Below, one piece after another: positions 28,729 through 43,203 of a stretch of 64,000 nt of DNA (position 1 is the stretch's first letter; the number at the start of each line of letters is the position of its first letter). The stretch spans positions 370,636,001 to 370,700,000 of the forward strand of contig OZ024741.1 in NCBI GenBank assembly GCA_964016885.1, written 5' to 3'. The notes under the pieces are model-generated. The model did not search any database and was not told the origin of the DNA. It saw nothing but the letters and a program-made list of their open reading frames with translations. Made by a program: the position numbers and the translations under genes. The stretch comes from Eledone cirrhosa. Taxonomy: Eukaryota.

Positions 28729-28943
28729 TATGCACACACTCATACCGCAAAGAGATATATGCATGGATAGACACATAATATAACACAAACATATATATAT
28801 ATACATATAATATACATACATCTATATATATATATATATATAGGCACAGACAAATATCACAAAAATATGTAAATATGTATATAAACGTGAATATTAAACT
28901 AACATATACGTAGGTGTAAATGTTTATATATATAGAGATATAA

Positions 28944-29033
<90 letters not shown>

Positions 29034-29038
29034 ATATA

Positions 29039-29134
<96 letters not shown>

Positions 29135-29137
29135 TAC

Positions 29138-29172
<35 letters not shown>

Positions 29173-29178
29173 CATATG

Positions 29179-29210
<32 letters not shown>

Positions 29211-29541
29211 CATATATATACATATATATATATATAACAAAACATATGCCACGATAAAGTAGTTTTCCTTTAGATGTAAGATTATTATTTTTGACAAAAA
29301 TATTCTTTAAATGGTTTCTCTGAGTTTTAAATTATTAATTTCAATTTCAATTCAAAGTAAAATTATTTATAAAAATGTAATTAACACGAATAATTTTTAG
29401 AGTAGTTGATAATTAAATTTGCGATAAATATTTTACAAATTGTTCCCCGTGGTCTGTCATTTAGCAGACTGAATGTGTGCGCAGCACTGTGAGTGTGTTT
29501 CTAAACACATGAAATTATGCATACATATGCACATACATATT

Positions 29542-29586
<45 letters not shown>

Positions 29587-29628
29587 ATATATATAAATAT
29601 ATATATATATATAATATATATAAATATA

Positions 29629-29694
<66 letters not shown>

Positions 29695-29695
29695 C

Positions 29696-29798
<103 letters not shown>

Positions 29799-29808
29799 AT
29801 ATAGAAAA

Positions 29809-29857
29809 GCTTCTACAGGACTAGAACTGTTTCATTCGTGAGAAATCATCAGGAAGC
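29809..29857 (-). ncRNA. Type I hammerhead ribozyme (canonical core)
   Basis: GCTTC-CTGATGA-T TTC tcac GAA T-GAAACAG ttctagtc CTGTA^-GAAGC; lies in a ~90-bp insert between (TA)n tracts; upstream caatcgggggtaaccac also at 19291 and ~28160. Confidence 0.85.
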
Positions 29858-29890
29858 ATCGGTGGTTACCCCCGATTGATCCCTGCATAA

Positions 29891-29924
<34 letters not shown>

Positions 29925-29932
<8 letters not shown>

Positions 29933-30000
29933 GAGATAGAGCGTCCGTGATGTTTGCTCTGATCAGAGCAAACATCACGGACGCTCTATCTCAAAATTAT
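29925..30000. repeat. Perfect spacerless 76-bp palindrome next to (TA)n
   Basis: ataattttgagatagagcgtccgtgatgtttgctctga|tcagagcaaacatcacggacgctctatctcaaaattat. Confidence 0.9.
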
Positions 30001-30195
30001 TTTTGAAAAGAATTTAGATATGCGCAACCGGTAAAACTTAAAACCAAAACTGATTACTAACCAATACAATCACTAATTCTCATTTATTCCTAATTAAACT
30101 ATTTTTCACTGTGAACAATTTGTCAGCATTTTCTATTCCGTTTACCAATATATATATATATAAATATATATATATATAAATATATATATATATAC

Positions 30196-32323
<2,128 letters not shown>

Positions 32324-33395
32324 TACATACACACATTCTTACACATATATGTGTATGCATTTATATATGTATATATATATATGTGTGTGTGTGTATGTAT
32401 GCAGGCATTATGTATGTATGAATGAATGTATGTATGTATGTATGTATGTATGTATGTATGTATGTATATGTGTATGTATGTATGTATGTATGTATGTATG
32501 TATGTATGTATGTATGTATGTATGTATGTATGTATGTATGTATACGGTCCACATGGTGTAATCTGTGGACACACAGGAAATTGTGTGAGTTTACTGGCAA
32601 GTTGACAGAGAAGACAGTCTTTTTAAGTGACCAATGAACACAAGTGAGCTCTAGAAGGAGCACAAACGAAACAATGTTTTCGAATACCCGAGTGGCTCCC
32701 TAGATATTTGTAACAAATTGTCTAGTCTCGATGATCTAATGGGTGTCTGAGAGAAGCAGCCGAAGTGAGAAGGGACTGTAAGAGATTTAGAGAGCTTGCA
32801 TATTTTCTGGGCAATTCTCTCTTAGAGTGAAAGATGGACTGTGGCTGCCTGCATGCGAGTGTCAATGCTGCATGTCAGTGAGACATGGGTCTTGACTGCA
32901 GATGACCAGGAGGGGCTGAAGGGAGGTGGGACATGTATCCTGTTCATTTGAGTGAATGCCCGATAGCCTCATTAGTGCTGGTGTCGAATCAACACACTCT
33001 GACGGATGTTTGGTGTTTGGTGTTTTGGGGGGGCTTCAAGCAGTAGAAATCATGTCAAAAACAGTTGGAGAGCTCCCTTTAGTCACGGTACGGCAGCCTC
33101 ACTAGTGGTATGAAAATACGCCCAGTACTTTGCAAGGTGGTTACTGAGTGGATGGGCATTATCCTGTGAACACGTAAAATAAAAAGGGTTGAAATGAGTT
33201 TTCACTTATGTATGCGACAGAAAAATCTCTTTACTGACGTAAGAAATTGAACGGTGAACTTTGTAGAATGCGTGAAAATATGTACGTGGAATGTGGGCCC
33301 CTGACCCATCTGAAAGACCTGTGGCTCTAATTTACTGACTTGGTCTGTGACTAAACATCCGATCCTTTCTAGCTGAGAAAACGGACAGAGAAACG

Positions 33396-33486
<91 letters not shown>

Positions 33487-33564
33487 GTATGTATGTAAAA
33501 TGTAAACAGAAATAACAACACAATCGATACAGTATATAGAAGGAATATATTAGGTTAACGCTTG

Positions 33565-33639
<75 letters not shown>

Positions 33640-33651
33640 ATATATATATAT

Positions 33652-34987
33652 AAGAGAGTATTGAAGTTTGCTTGAAGCATTGTGGAACAATAAGTAAACA
33701 TCTTTAAGTCGTTTGGAAGCCTCGACAATGTAAATGGGTAATACTCCGGGTAACAAGGTCCGGTGGTGGAGAGAGAGATGTAAGTGGGTGTACGTTGAGA
33801 TGCGTGGTGTGTATAAGATGTGTGAGATGTGTAGAATGAAGGGAAGAGTATAAAGGATAGAATAAAATAACAACACAAGAGAGAGTTACCTTGGGAGAGA
33901 TTTAATAGTCCCTATATATTTCGGATTCACATCCATCAACTGGTGTTTTTTTCCGTGGTGGGGGAAAAGGTTGTCTGTCGGACAGGTTTCGGAATGCGTC
34001 CTTCGCTGTTTGTTGTTTTGAATATCTGAGGTATTTCAGAGCGCGCGTGCGCGTGAAATGGGGTCGATCGTACAGAGGTCAGCGGCCGAATGAGGGAGTG
34101 GGATGGCGCTAGCTGTCAGTCCATTCTCTGCCTGTTTGTTAAATGTTACTGTTTGTGTGTGTGTGCGTGTGTTGTTGTCTCGCTTGAGTGTGTGTGTGTG
34201 TGTGCGTGTGTTATTGCCTTGTTCCTCTGTATTGGCAGTGTAGTATGTTCGTATGGTGGAATGCTACTGTGTGTGTGTGTGCGTGTGTGTGTAGTTGTTT
34301 CGTTTGCGTGTGTGTGTGTGTGCGCGTGTTGTGTGTTGTTGTATCGCTTGTTAACTTAAACCAGCCATCTCATTTCGCTTCTCTCTGATCGGTTGTTTAT
34401 TTGCGGTTGCAGTCGTTTGATAAAAAGCGCTTCCTTGATACGTAACGTGCCAACGTTTCTTTCAGTCGCTAGAATTGTGACAATGGGCCTTCCGTCTTTG
34501 TTTCCGCATTTGTCTATGTGTTTCCGGAAAGACGAGGCCCTGGTTTTAGTGTGTTCATTGATCTGGATGTGCAAAGGTCGAATTGTGCTACCTATGTAGT
34601 ATTGGTTGCCCCTGTCACATTCTATCTTATACACGACGTATGTGCGTAGGCAACAGTTCGCATGGCGTATCGGGCAGTCTCTGAGGGAGCATGCGTCAGT
34701 AGATTTTTCGGGTTTCTTGGAGAGGCATCTTCGCAGGGAGGGGCCCGAGTGGGCCAGGTGGATGTCGAGGCCCTCCCTCCGTATAGCCCTGCGGATAGCG
34801 TTGGTGGTTTTCTCGCCCAGGTGTGGCATTTTAAGGAAGCACTTGCCTTGGGTGCTTCTCTGTCTCTTGCGTCTGGTGTCTCCTATTCTGTCTGTGATCG
34901 AGGTAGGGTACCCGTTCGTCTCCAGCACCTCGAGGAATCGCTTGGTATGAGTGACACCACTCACGGGATCGCTGCATCTGTTTTTGA
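33652..34987 (-). mobile_element. Inverted 5'-truncated PLE copy (thumb end, GIY-YIG, 3' region, pLTR)
   Basis: ORF 34356-35003 with VVYKIECDRGNQYYIGST; reverse complement of the 38468-39740 region; ends in (TA)n. Confidence 0.95.
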
Positions 34988-35236
34988 CTTCAGTGTTGAA
35001 CACCCCAACGAAAACGGGTCACTTGCCCTCCTCGACTTCCGAATCAACATCACGGAATAGGGCAGGATGCACTGCAACTTCTACCGAAAGGCAGCCTGCA
35101 GGGACCTATTCGTTCACTACAAGTCCGCCCTCCCTAACAGTGCCAAAAGAGGATACATCACGAACGAGATCGCGCGAATCAAAAACAATGCAGCGATCCC
35201 GCGAGTGGTCTCACTCGTACCAAGCGATTCCTCGAG

Positions 35237-35809
35237 GTGCTGGAGACGAACGGGTACCATACCTCGATCACAGACAGAATAGGAGTAACCAGACGCAAGA
35301 GACAGAGAAGCACCCAAGGCAAGTGCTTCCTTAAAATGCCACACCTGGGCGAGAAAACCACCAACGCTATCCGCAAGGCTATACGGAGGGAGGGCCTCGA
35401 CATCCACCTGGCCCACTCGGGCCCCTCCCTGCGAAGATGCCTCTCCAAGAAACCCGAAAAATCTACTGACGCATGCTCCCTCAGAGACTGCCCGATACGC
35501 CATGCAAACTGTTGCCTACGCACATACGTCGTGTATAAGATAGAATGTGACAGGGGCAACCAATACTACATAGGTAGCACAATTCGACCTTTGCACATCC
35601 GGATCAAGGAACACACTAAAACCAGGGCCTCGTCTTTCCGAAAACACATAGACAAATGCGGAAACAAAGACGGAAGGCCCATTGTCACAATTCTAGCGAC
35701 TGAAAGAAACGTTGGCACGTTACGTATCAAGGAAGCGCTTTTTATCAAACGACTGCAACCGCAAATAAACAACCGATCAGATAGAAGCGAAATGAGATGG
35801 CTGGTTTAA
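35237..35809 (+). CDS. PLE thumb/linker + GIY-YIG endonuclease (upstream partial copy)
   Basis: Cys-rich linker, then VVYKIEC-x6-YIGST.RPL..RIKEH ... LRIKEALFIKRLQPQIN. Confidence 0.85.
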   Translation: MLETNGYHTSITDRIGVTRRKRQRSTQGKCFLKMPHLGEKTTNAIRKAIRREGLDIHLAHSGPSLRRCLSKKPEKSTDACSLRDCPIRHANCCLRTYVVYKIECDRGNQYYIGSTIRPLHIRIKEHTKTRASSFRKHIDKCGNKDGRPIVTILATERNVGTLRIKEALFIKRLQPQINNRSDRSEMRWLV

Positions 35810-36206
35810 GTTAACAAGCGATGCAACAACACAGAACACGCGCACACACACACACGCAAACGAAACAACTACACACACACGCGCACAAACACACAGTAGC
35901 ATTCCACCATACGAACATACTACACTGCCAATACAGAGGAACAAGGCAATAACACACGCACACACGCAAGCGAGACAACAACACACGCATACACACACAA
36001 ACAGTAACATTTAACAAACAGGCAGAGAATGGACTGACAGCTAGCGCCATCCCACTCCCTCATTCGGCCGCTGACCTCTGTACGACCGACCCCATTTCAC
36101 GCGCACGCGCGCTCTGAAATACCTCAGATATTCAAAACAACAAACAGCGAAGGACGCATTCCGAACCTGTCCGACAGACAACCTTTTCCCCCACCATGGA
36201 AAAAAA

Positions 36207-36242
36207 CCCCAGTTGATGGATGTGAATCCGAAATATATAGGG
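36207..36242 (+). ncRNA. Minimal hammerhead-like motif in the PLE pLTR, atypical core (copies at 39491-39525 + and 33910-33943 -)
   Basis: CCC-CAGTTGA-T GGAT gtga ATCC-GAAATATATA-GGG, followed by ATTAAA. Confidence 0.5.
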
Positions 36243-36471
36243 ACTATTAAATCTCTCCCAAGGTAACTCTCTCTTGTGTTGTTATTTTATTCTATCCTTT
36301 ATACTCTTCCCTTCATTCTACACATCTCACACATCTTATACACACCACGCATCTCAACGTACACCCACTTACATCTCTCTCTCCACCACCGGACCTTGTT
36401 ACCCGGAGATTTACCCATTTGCATTGTCGAGGCTTCCAAACGACTTAAAGATGTTTACTTATTGTTCCACA

Positions 36472-39075
36472 ATGCTTCAAGCAAACTTCAGTACTCTCTT
36501 ATCCTTACACCTGAGCCAGGAATTGTTTGCATCCGTAAGAGAACTGTTTAGACTGTCGGAGAAATGGGCCAACGCTGGCTGCCAAATTATTTTCCTGAAA
36601 CGCTGCCTAAAAAACGATGTCATCCCCAACACCATCAAGAACATCTGCTTACCGGTAAGCCTACGTACACCAGCCTTCCAAAACACCACTAACCGCATAC
36701 ATCGCACGTGTATTAAACAGATCCTGAGACATCTCAACCGCCAATTACACGTCCATAAGCGGACACTCTCAGAGCGGACACATCGACTGCCAATAGCACC
36801 CGGAAACTTGCTCCTGAAAATCCCTAAAGCAATCGACCAGTGCTACCACTCCAGAGTCCAATACGAGAAAAAACGGCTCAAGCGAAAATATGAGTGGATC
36901 TTATCGAAACGCCACAACGAGAACATCGACACTAACGAACAGACGGACCAGAACCACGTGGAAAACAACAACTTAACAACCGCCACCGCCGCAACCACCA
37001 GCACCGAGCCATACCTCAACGATGCGACGCACCTGGTCACCGACCTAACCGGCACTCTCACGAGCGACGAGCTGAAGCTCCTACACCTGGGACCTGAGTT
37101 CATCGTCACACAACGTCTCGACGACAGACTCAAACTCAACATCGAGGCCAACTTTTGTCGAGCCGCTTACCAACTTAAATGGGTGACCGCCATCAACAGC
37201 GCCACAGAAAATAACAGCGCCGACGAAACCCACCCCAAGTTCCCCACTTACCACCCCGACAACTCACTCCACCCCCACCCACCAACCACGAACTCGACAC
37301 TAACTCATCAGGCTAAAACACTCCATCTCGGATATACTTCACAAACACACACACACACGCACAACACATAACCTCACCAAATCTCAACTCACCACTCTCT
37401 CCAACCTAAAATCGAAGAACGTCATCTATCTCCCCTCCGACAAGGGAAAAGAATTCTGCGTCATCAGCAGAGAGGCCTACAACACCCTGGCCCTCCAACA
37501 TCTTGACGATGACAACCTCTACTCCAAGGTCACGGGAATCACTCCCGCGCAGATAGAAGAACTCATCAACTCCGCCTGGACCAACATCTGCGACCGGCGG
37601 AAGCTCCCGAAGAAGCTGAGATACAACCTCCTCACGAGGAACAGCAAGCAGACTACCCGCCTTCTACCACATCGTGAAAACACACAAACAGGGACCCGAC
37701 CTGAAAATCAGGCCCATCGTATCGAGCGTGGAGGGACCACTCTACAAAATTTCATGGCTCCTAGCCAGAATACTCAAACCCATCTTAGACACCTTGCCGG
37801 GACACGTTAACAGCTCCGAGGAGGTGTTGAAGCGCCTGCATCAAATGGATCCCGACACCAGAAGGAATAACAGATATGCCTTCAGCCTTGATGTAGTCGC
37901 TCTCTACACCTCGGTCCCGGCACTCCCGGCCGTCAATATACTAATGGAACGCGTCCAATCCACCGACCTACACTGCTTCGGGCTCACCACCACTGACATC
38001 CACCAACTCCTATCCATCGTCGTCGACAACACCTACTTTAGATTCCTTGACCAAATATACCAACAAACCTCGGGATTGCCCATGGGATCAAGCCTATCAG
38101 GTGTGCTAGCGATCTCTTACATGGACAACCTCGAACGCAAGGCACTCAACGCCTGCCACCCCAACGCCGTAGCCTTTTTCTCACGGTACGTGGACGATAT
38201 CCTCATCCTCACATCTTCCCAAGACACGACGAACGGAATCTATGAGACGTTCAACAACACGGTCGAGAACATTGACTTCAGTGTTGAACACCCCAACGAA
38301 GACGGGTCACTTGCCCTCCTCGACTTCCGAATCAACATCACGGAATAGGGAAGGATCCACTGCAACTTCTACCGAAAGGCAGCCTGCAGGGACCTATTCG
38401 TTCACTACAAGTCCGCCCTCCCTAACAGTGCCAAAAGAGGATACATCACGAACGAGATCGCGCGAATCAAAAACAGATGCAGCGATCCCGCGAGTGGTGT
38501 CACTCATACCAAGCGATTCCTCGAGGTGCTGGAGACGAACGGGTACCCTACCTCGATCACAGACAGAATAGGAGACACCAGACGCAAGAGACAGAGAAGC
38601 ACCCAAGGCAAGTGTTTCCTTAAAATGGGCGAGAAAACCACCAACGCTATCCGCAAGGCTATACGGAGGGAGGGCCTCGACATCCACCTGGCCCACTCGT
38701 GCCCCTCCCTGCGAAGATGCCTCTCCAAGAAATCCGAAAAATCTACTGACGCATGCTCCCTCAGAGACTGCCCGATACGCCATGCGAACTGTTGCCTACG
38801 CACATACGTCGTGTATAAGATAGAATGTGACAGGGGCAACCAATACTACATAGGTAGCACAATTCGACCTTTGCACACCCGGATCAAGGAACACACTAAA
38901 ACCAGGGGCTCGTCTTTCCGGAAATACATAGACAAATGCGGAAACAAAGACGGAAGGCCCATTGTCACAATTCTAGCGACTGAAAGAAATGTTGGCACGT
39001 TACGTATCAAGGAAGCGCTTTTTATCAAACGACTGCAACCGCAAATAAACAACCGATCAGATAGAAGCGATCAGA
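36472..39075 (+). pseudogene. Full-length PLE polyprotein (N-terminal domain, RT, GIY-YIG) with two frameshifts and one in-frame TAG
   Basis: IIFLKRCLKNDVIP; NLTKSQ..LPSDKGKEFCV (alternative frame ~37370-37640); KTHK..RPIVS; FSLDVVALYTSVP; QTSGLPMGSSLS; RYVDD; LLDFRI; frameshifts at ~37350 (CA tract) and ~37645; TAG at 38346-38348. Confidence 0.92.
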
Positions 39076-40054
39076 TAGATGGCTGGTTTAAGTTAACAAA
39101 CGATGCAACAACACACAACACGCGCACACACACACACGCAAACGAAACAACTACACACACACACGCACACACACACAATAGCATTCCACCATACGAACAT
39201 ACTACACTGCCAATACAGATGAATAAGGCAATAACACACGCACACACACACACTCAAGCGAGACAACACACGCACACACACACACAGTAACATTTAACAA
39301 ACAGGCAGAGAATGGACTGACAGCTAGCGCCATCCCACTCCCTCATTCGGCCGCTGACCTCTGTACGATCGACCCCATTTCACGCGCACGCGCGCTCTGA
39401 AATACCTCAGATATTCAAAACAACAAACAGCGAAGGACGCATTCCGGACCTGTCCGACAGACAACCTTTTCCCCCACCACGGAAAAAAAACCCAGTTGAT
39501 GGATGTGAATCCGAAATATATAGGGACTATTAAATCTCTCCCAAGGTAACTCTCTCTTGTGTTGTTATTTTATTCTATCCTTTATACTCTTCCCTTCATT
39601 CTACACATCTCACACATCTTATACACACCACGCATCTCAACGTACACCCACTTACATCTCTCTCTCCACCACCGGACCTTGTTACCCGGAGATTTACCCA
39701 TTTGCATTGTCGAGGCTTCCAAACGTCTTAAAGATATTTATATATATATATATATATATATTATAAATATATAGCAGGAGAAACGGACATTCCTGATGAT
39801 GATGATGATGATGATGATATATATATATGTGCTTGTGTGTGTGTGTGGTGGTGGTGGTCACTGGGTTCGTGGTGAACATCTGCACCAATCCTTTGTTTTC
39901 AACATTTCTGAATGTGTGGCTGGTCCAAACAACATTTGTGTTGGCAGCTCAACTGCTCTACCAGTTCTGTCTACTTGATATCCCACCATCAACACAATAC
40001 CCACTGGCAAGAGAGGGGACGCTCTCATACGTCAAATTACGAAGGGAGATTCTT

Positions 40055-40086
<32 letters not shown>

Positions 40087-40186
40087 AATTCGTGTACAGA
40101 TATTTTGCATACGCAAAAACAAAATATAAACAAAGGTATTTCTTTCACGAAAGCACAGACGGCTTATCGTCATTGTAACTGCCGAT

Positions 40187-40363
40187 ATGCCACCCAAAAA
40201 GTCCCAGCCTAGCCGCAAGATCAGATTTTCCAGAAGAAAAAATGTTACTAGAGCAACAGAGGAAATAAGCTTCGTGATTACCATCAACAAAACTCAGGGT
40301 CAAACCCTAAAAGTGGCTGTCCTTATACAGAATCATACAGGTTTTATACACAAACACGCATAA
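40187..40363 (+). pseudogene. Internally deleted Helitron RepHel remnant (58-aa ORF)
   Basis: MPPKKSQPSRKIRFSRRKNVTRATEE-ISFVITINKTQGQTLKVA: Pif1-family helicase motif (FAMTINKSQGQTL-like). Confidence 0.7.
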
Positions 40364-40511
40364 ACACACTCACATACACACACTAATAACTGCATAAACT
40401 CACCCCCCCCCCCATACGCACATATATATATATATTATTAAAGGTATAGTACCAGGAAAACAACTGTCTAGGCAAGAGGTAAAGTTTAGGAGAGATTTAT
40501 TGATAGATTAT

Positions 40512-40615
40512 TCTTTAACATATGTTTCAATACAATATCAATCTACAAGCGCTAAATGCGTAGTCTTATTTTCAATCGCAAGCATTACGTAAAATATTGC
40601 ATTTCATCAGAAAGA
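40512..40615 (-). ncRNA. Type I hammerhead ribozyme, canonical core, 10-bp stem II with ~55-nt loop
   Basis: TCTTT-CTGATGA-AATGCAATAT...ATATTGTATT-GAAACATATGTT^-AAAGA, then AATAAA and a 3' end at TA repeats (~40440). Confidence 0.85.
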
Positions 40616-40793
40616 GTAGAATGTTCATAGTTCGAGGTGAGGTCGCTACATCTTGTAATAAGATTTTCCTACTGGTATCTATTCGGACCTAAATTCAACT
40701 GGCACACACGTAAAGAAATGGTAGGTGTAGGAGAGACAAGATGAGAAAGAAAGCAAAAATAATATAGAATAAGCGAGGTTAAATAAAAACAAA

Positions 40794-40914
40794 ATAATTG
40801 TTTCTACTTTTGGCACAAAGCCAGAAATTACTCAGTGCATTACTGATACTTTATTTAATGACCCCGTAAGGATGAAAGGTCCAACACTCTACCAATACTG
40901 CCAATCCACCGCCA
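40794..40914 (-). mobile_element. tRNA-derived SINE (internally deleted)
   Basis: Tail, central domain and head fragments match the family. Confidence 0.7.
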
Positions 40915-40975
40915 ATTCAACAAAATAATAACTTAAAAGGGTGTAGATTTACATATACACATTCACACACATACA

Positions 40976-41037
<62 letters not shown>

Positions 41038-41333
41038 TATACATACACACAATCACACATATATATAGACACTCGCACACATACATACACACGTATCTAT
41101 CTATCTATCTCTATATATATACAGATATATACAGATATATACACACATACACACACACACATACACTAACACATACACACATATAAAGAAAGGGGTTTTG
41201 AAGACTAATGAGCAGGGAGAATGGGAAGTTGAATACCGAATAGGTTAGTAAGCGGGAGGGGAGGGGATAGATAGATGGCCAGTAATATATATATAAATAT
41301 ATTTATATATATATATATATAGGAACGAGTAGG

Positions 41334-41429
41334 ACCCCGACGGCTGAGCTCAAGCCGTTTCGACGGCTAATTATGGACTAAATGAAAATGTTTATCCTGG
41401 TAAATGAATAGCCGAGCTTCTCAGGGGGT
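41334..41429 (-). ncRNA. Type I hammerhead of the 24721 family (core CTGAGAA)
   Basis: ACCCC-CTGAGAA-g..CGGCTA...TAGCCG.c-GAAACGGCT tgagctc AGCCGTC^-GGGGT. Confidence 0.7.
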
Positions 41430-41456
41430 AATATTCCATATATGGTAAAAGTGATT

Positions 41457-41481
41457 GTTTCTAACTCAATACATGCCTTTG

Positions 41482-41547
<66 letters not shown>

Positions 41548-41570
41548 AAGGCATGTATTGGGTTAGAAAC
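41457..41570. repeat. 26-bp inverted repeat enclosing a (TA)n tract
   Basis: gtttctaactcaatacatgcctttga (TA)n tcaaaggcatgtattgggttagaaac. Confidence 0.85.
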
Positions 41571-41790
41571 TCAAAATAGTCTCTTACAATAAAATAGCAC
41601 TAGGAAAGAGATTTTTCCGAGCCGTATATTATAATTGAATATAAAAGAAAAAGGAACACAGATATATACATATATGTGTTCAAATCGTAAGGGACCAGAT
41701 TCGCTAAGGTGAAAAGAATACTAACTATAGACTCAATTTAAGAATAAATAAGGAAAGTAAATACAAACCGGAATTGTGGTAACTACCAAT

Positions 41791-41868
41791 CACCCGGACA
41801 GCTTTGATAATGCTGTTTTGCAAATTTAATTGTGAAGAGGAATATCAATTCTTGCTCATCAGCGGGTG
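41791..41868 (-). ncRNA. Type I hammerhead with a G12A substitution (probably inactive)
   Basis: CACCCG-CTGATGA-GCAAG...TTTGC-AAAACAGC attatcaaa GCTGTC^-CGGGTG. Confidence 0.8.
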
Positions 41869-41924
41869 AAGAATTATTAGTATCCTGGTTACTTCTAAGT
41901 ATATTAAAAAACTGAATAGTGTGC

Positions 41925-42012
<88 letters not shown>

Positions 42013-42160
42013 ACAAAGACACACACACACATATACATATATGCATATATGTGATATATATATATATAATGTAAATACAGTTAGTATCTACATACACATA
42101 TATGCGTATACATGTGCATATTCATATGTATTTAAATATATAATTTTAATACATAGATGA

Positions 42161-42244
<84 letters not shown>

Positions 42245-42246
42245 TA

Positions 42247-42348
<102 letters not shown>

Positions 42349-42358
42349 TAAACATATA

Positions 42359-42397
<39 letters not shown>

Positions 42398-42767
42398 TAA
42401 ACATATATATATATATATTTTGTACAGAAAACCAGTTTAAACTTCAAGTTTAATTAGGGCTTAAATGAAATTACATTCTGTTAAACTCCCATAGGAGTTC
42501 CAATCTGCAAGATTGGAACTATGTCGATTGTTCTGGTAAGATCCCACAGGATTAACAATCTCCAACATTAGAACAATGGCGAATGTTCCGAGTAGATGGA
42601 GACAATTGTATTAAAGACGTGTTGTATCGGATGACTAAACGTATAGCATACATAGATTCCGAACGATTAGGTATGGTACGTATATATATATATATATATG
42701 TGTGTACGTGTGTATGTATGTATGTATGTATGTATGTATGTATGTATGTATGTATGTATGTATATAC

Positions 42768-42824
<57 letters not shown>

Positions 42825-42884
42825 TGTATATATAAATATATATATATACACACACGCATACACACACACACACAGACACACATA

Positions 42885-42928
<44 letters not shown>

Positions 42929-43105
42929 GAGAGAGAGAGCGAGAGAGAGAGAGAGAAAGAGATAGATAGATAGATAGATAGATACACACATATATATAAG
43001 CACATATTTCTTTGTTTGTATTCATACACGCACAAAACACTCTCACACACACATACACGCTCACACACACATGCACACACACGTTTGTCTGTGTGTCTGT
43101 GTGTC

Positions 43106-43203
<98 letters not shown>

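Larger units (their letters stand above)
34984..39740 (+). mobile_element. Penelope-like retroelement, partial tandem (~1.45 copies of a ~3.29 kb unit)
   Basis: 34984-36460 repeats at 38272-39740 (offset ~3285); RT and GIY-YIG present; ends in (TA)n. Confidence 0.95.

Noticed and set aside
39790-39820. CCTGATGATG as a hammerhead core
   Set aside because: Runs into an (ATG)n microsatellite with no second half
42480-42560. Minus-strand QIGTPMG, resembling a PLE RT motif
   Set aside because: Followed almost immediately by a stop with no neighbouring RT motifs; likely chance
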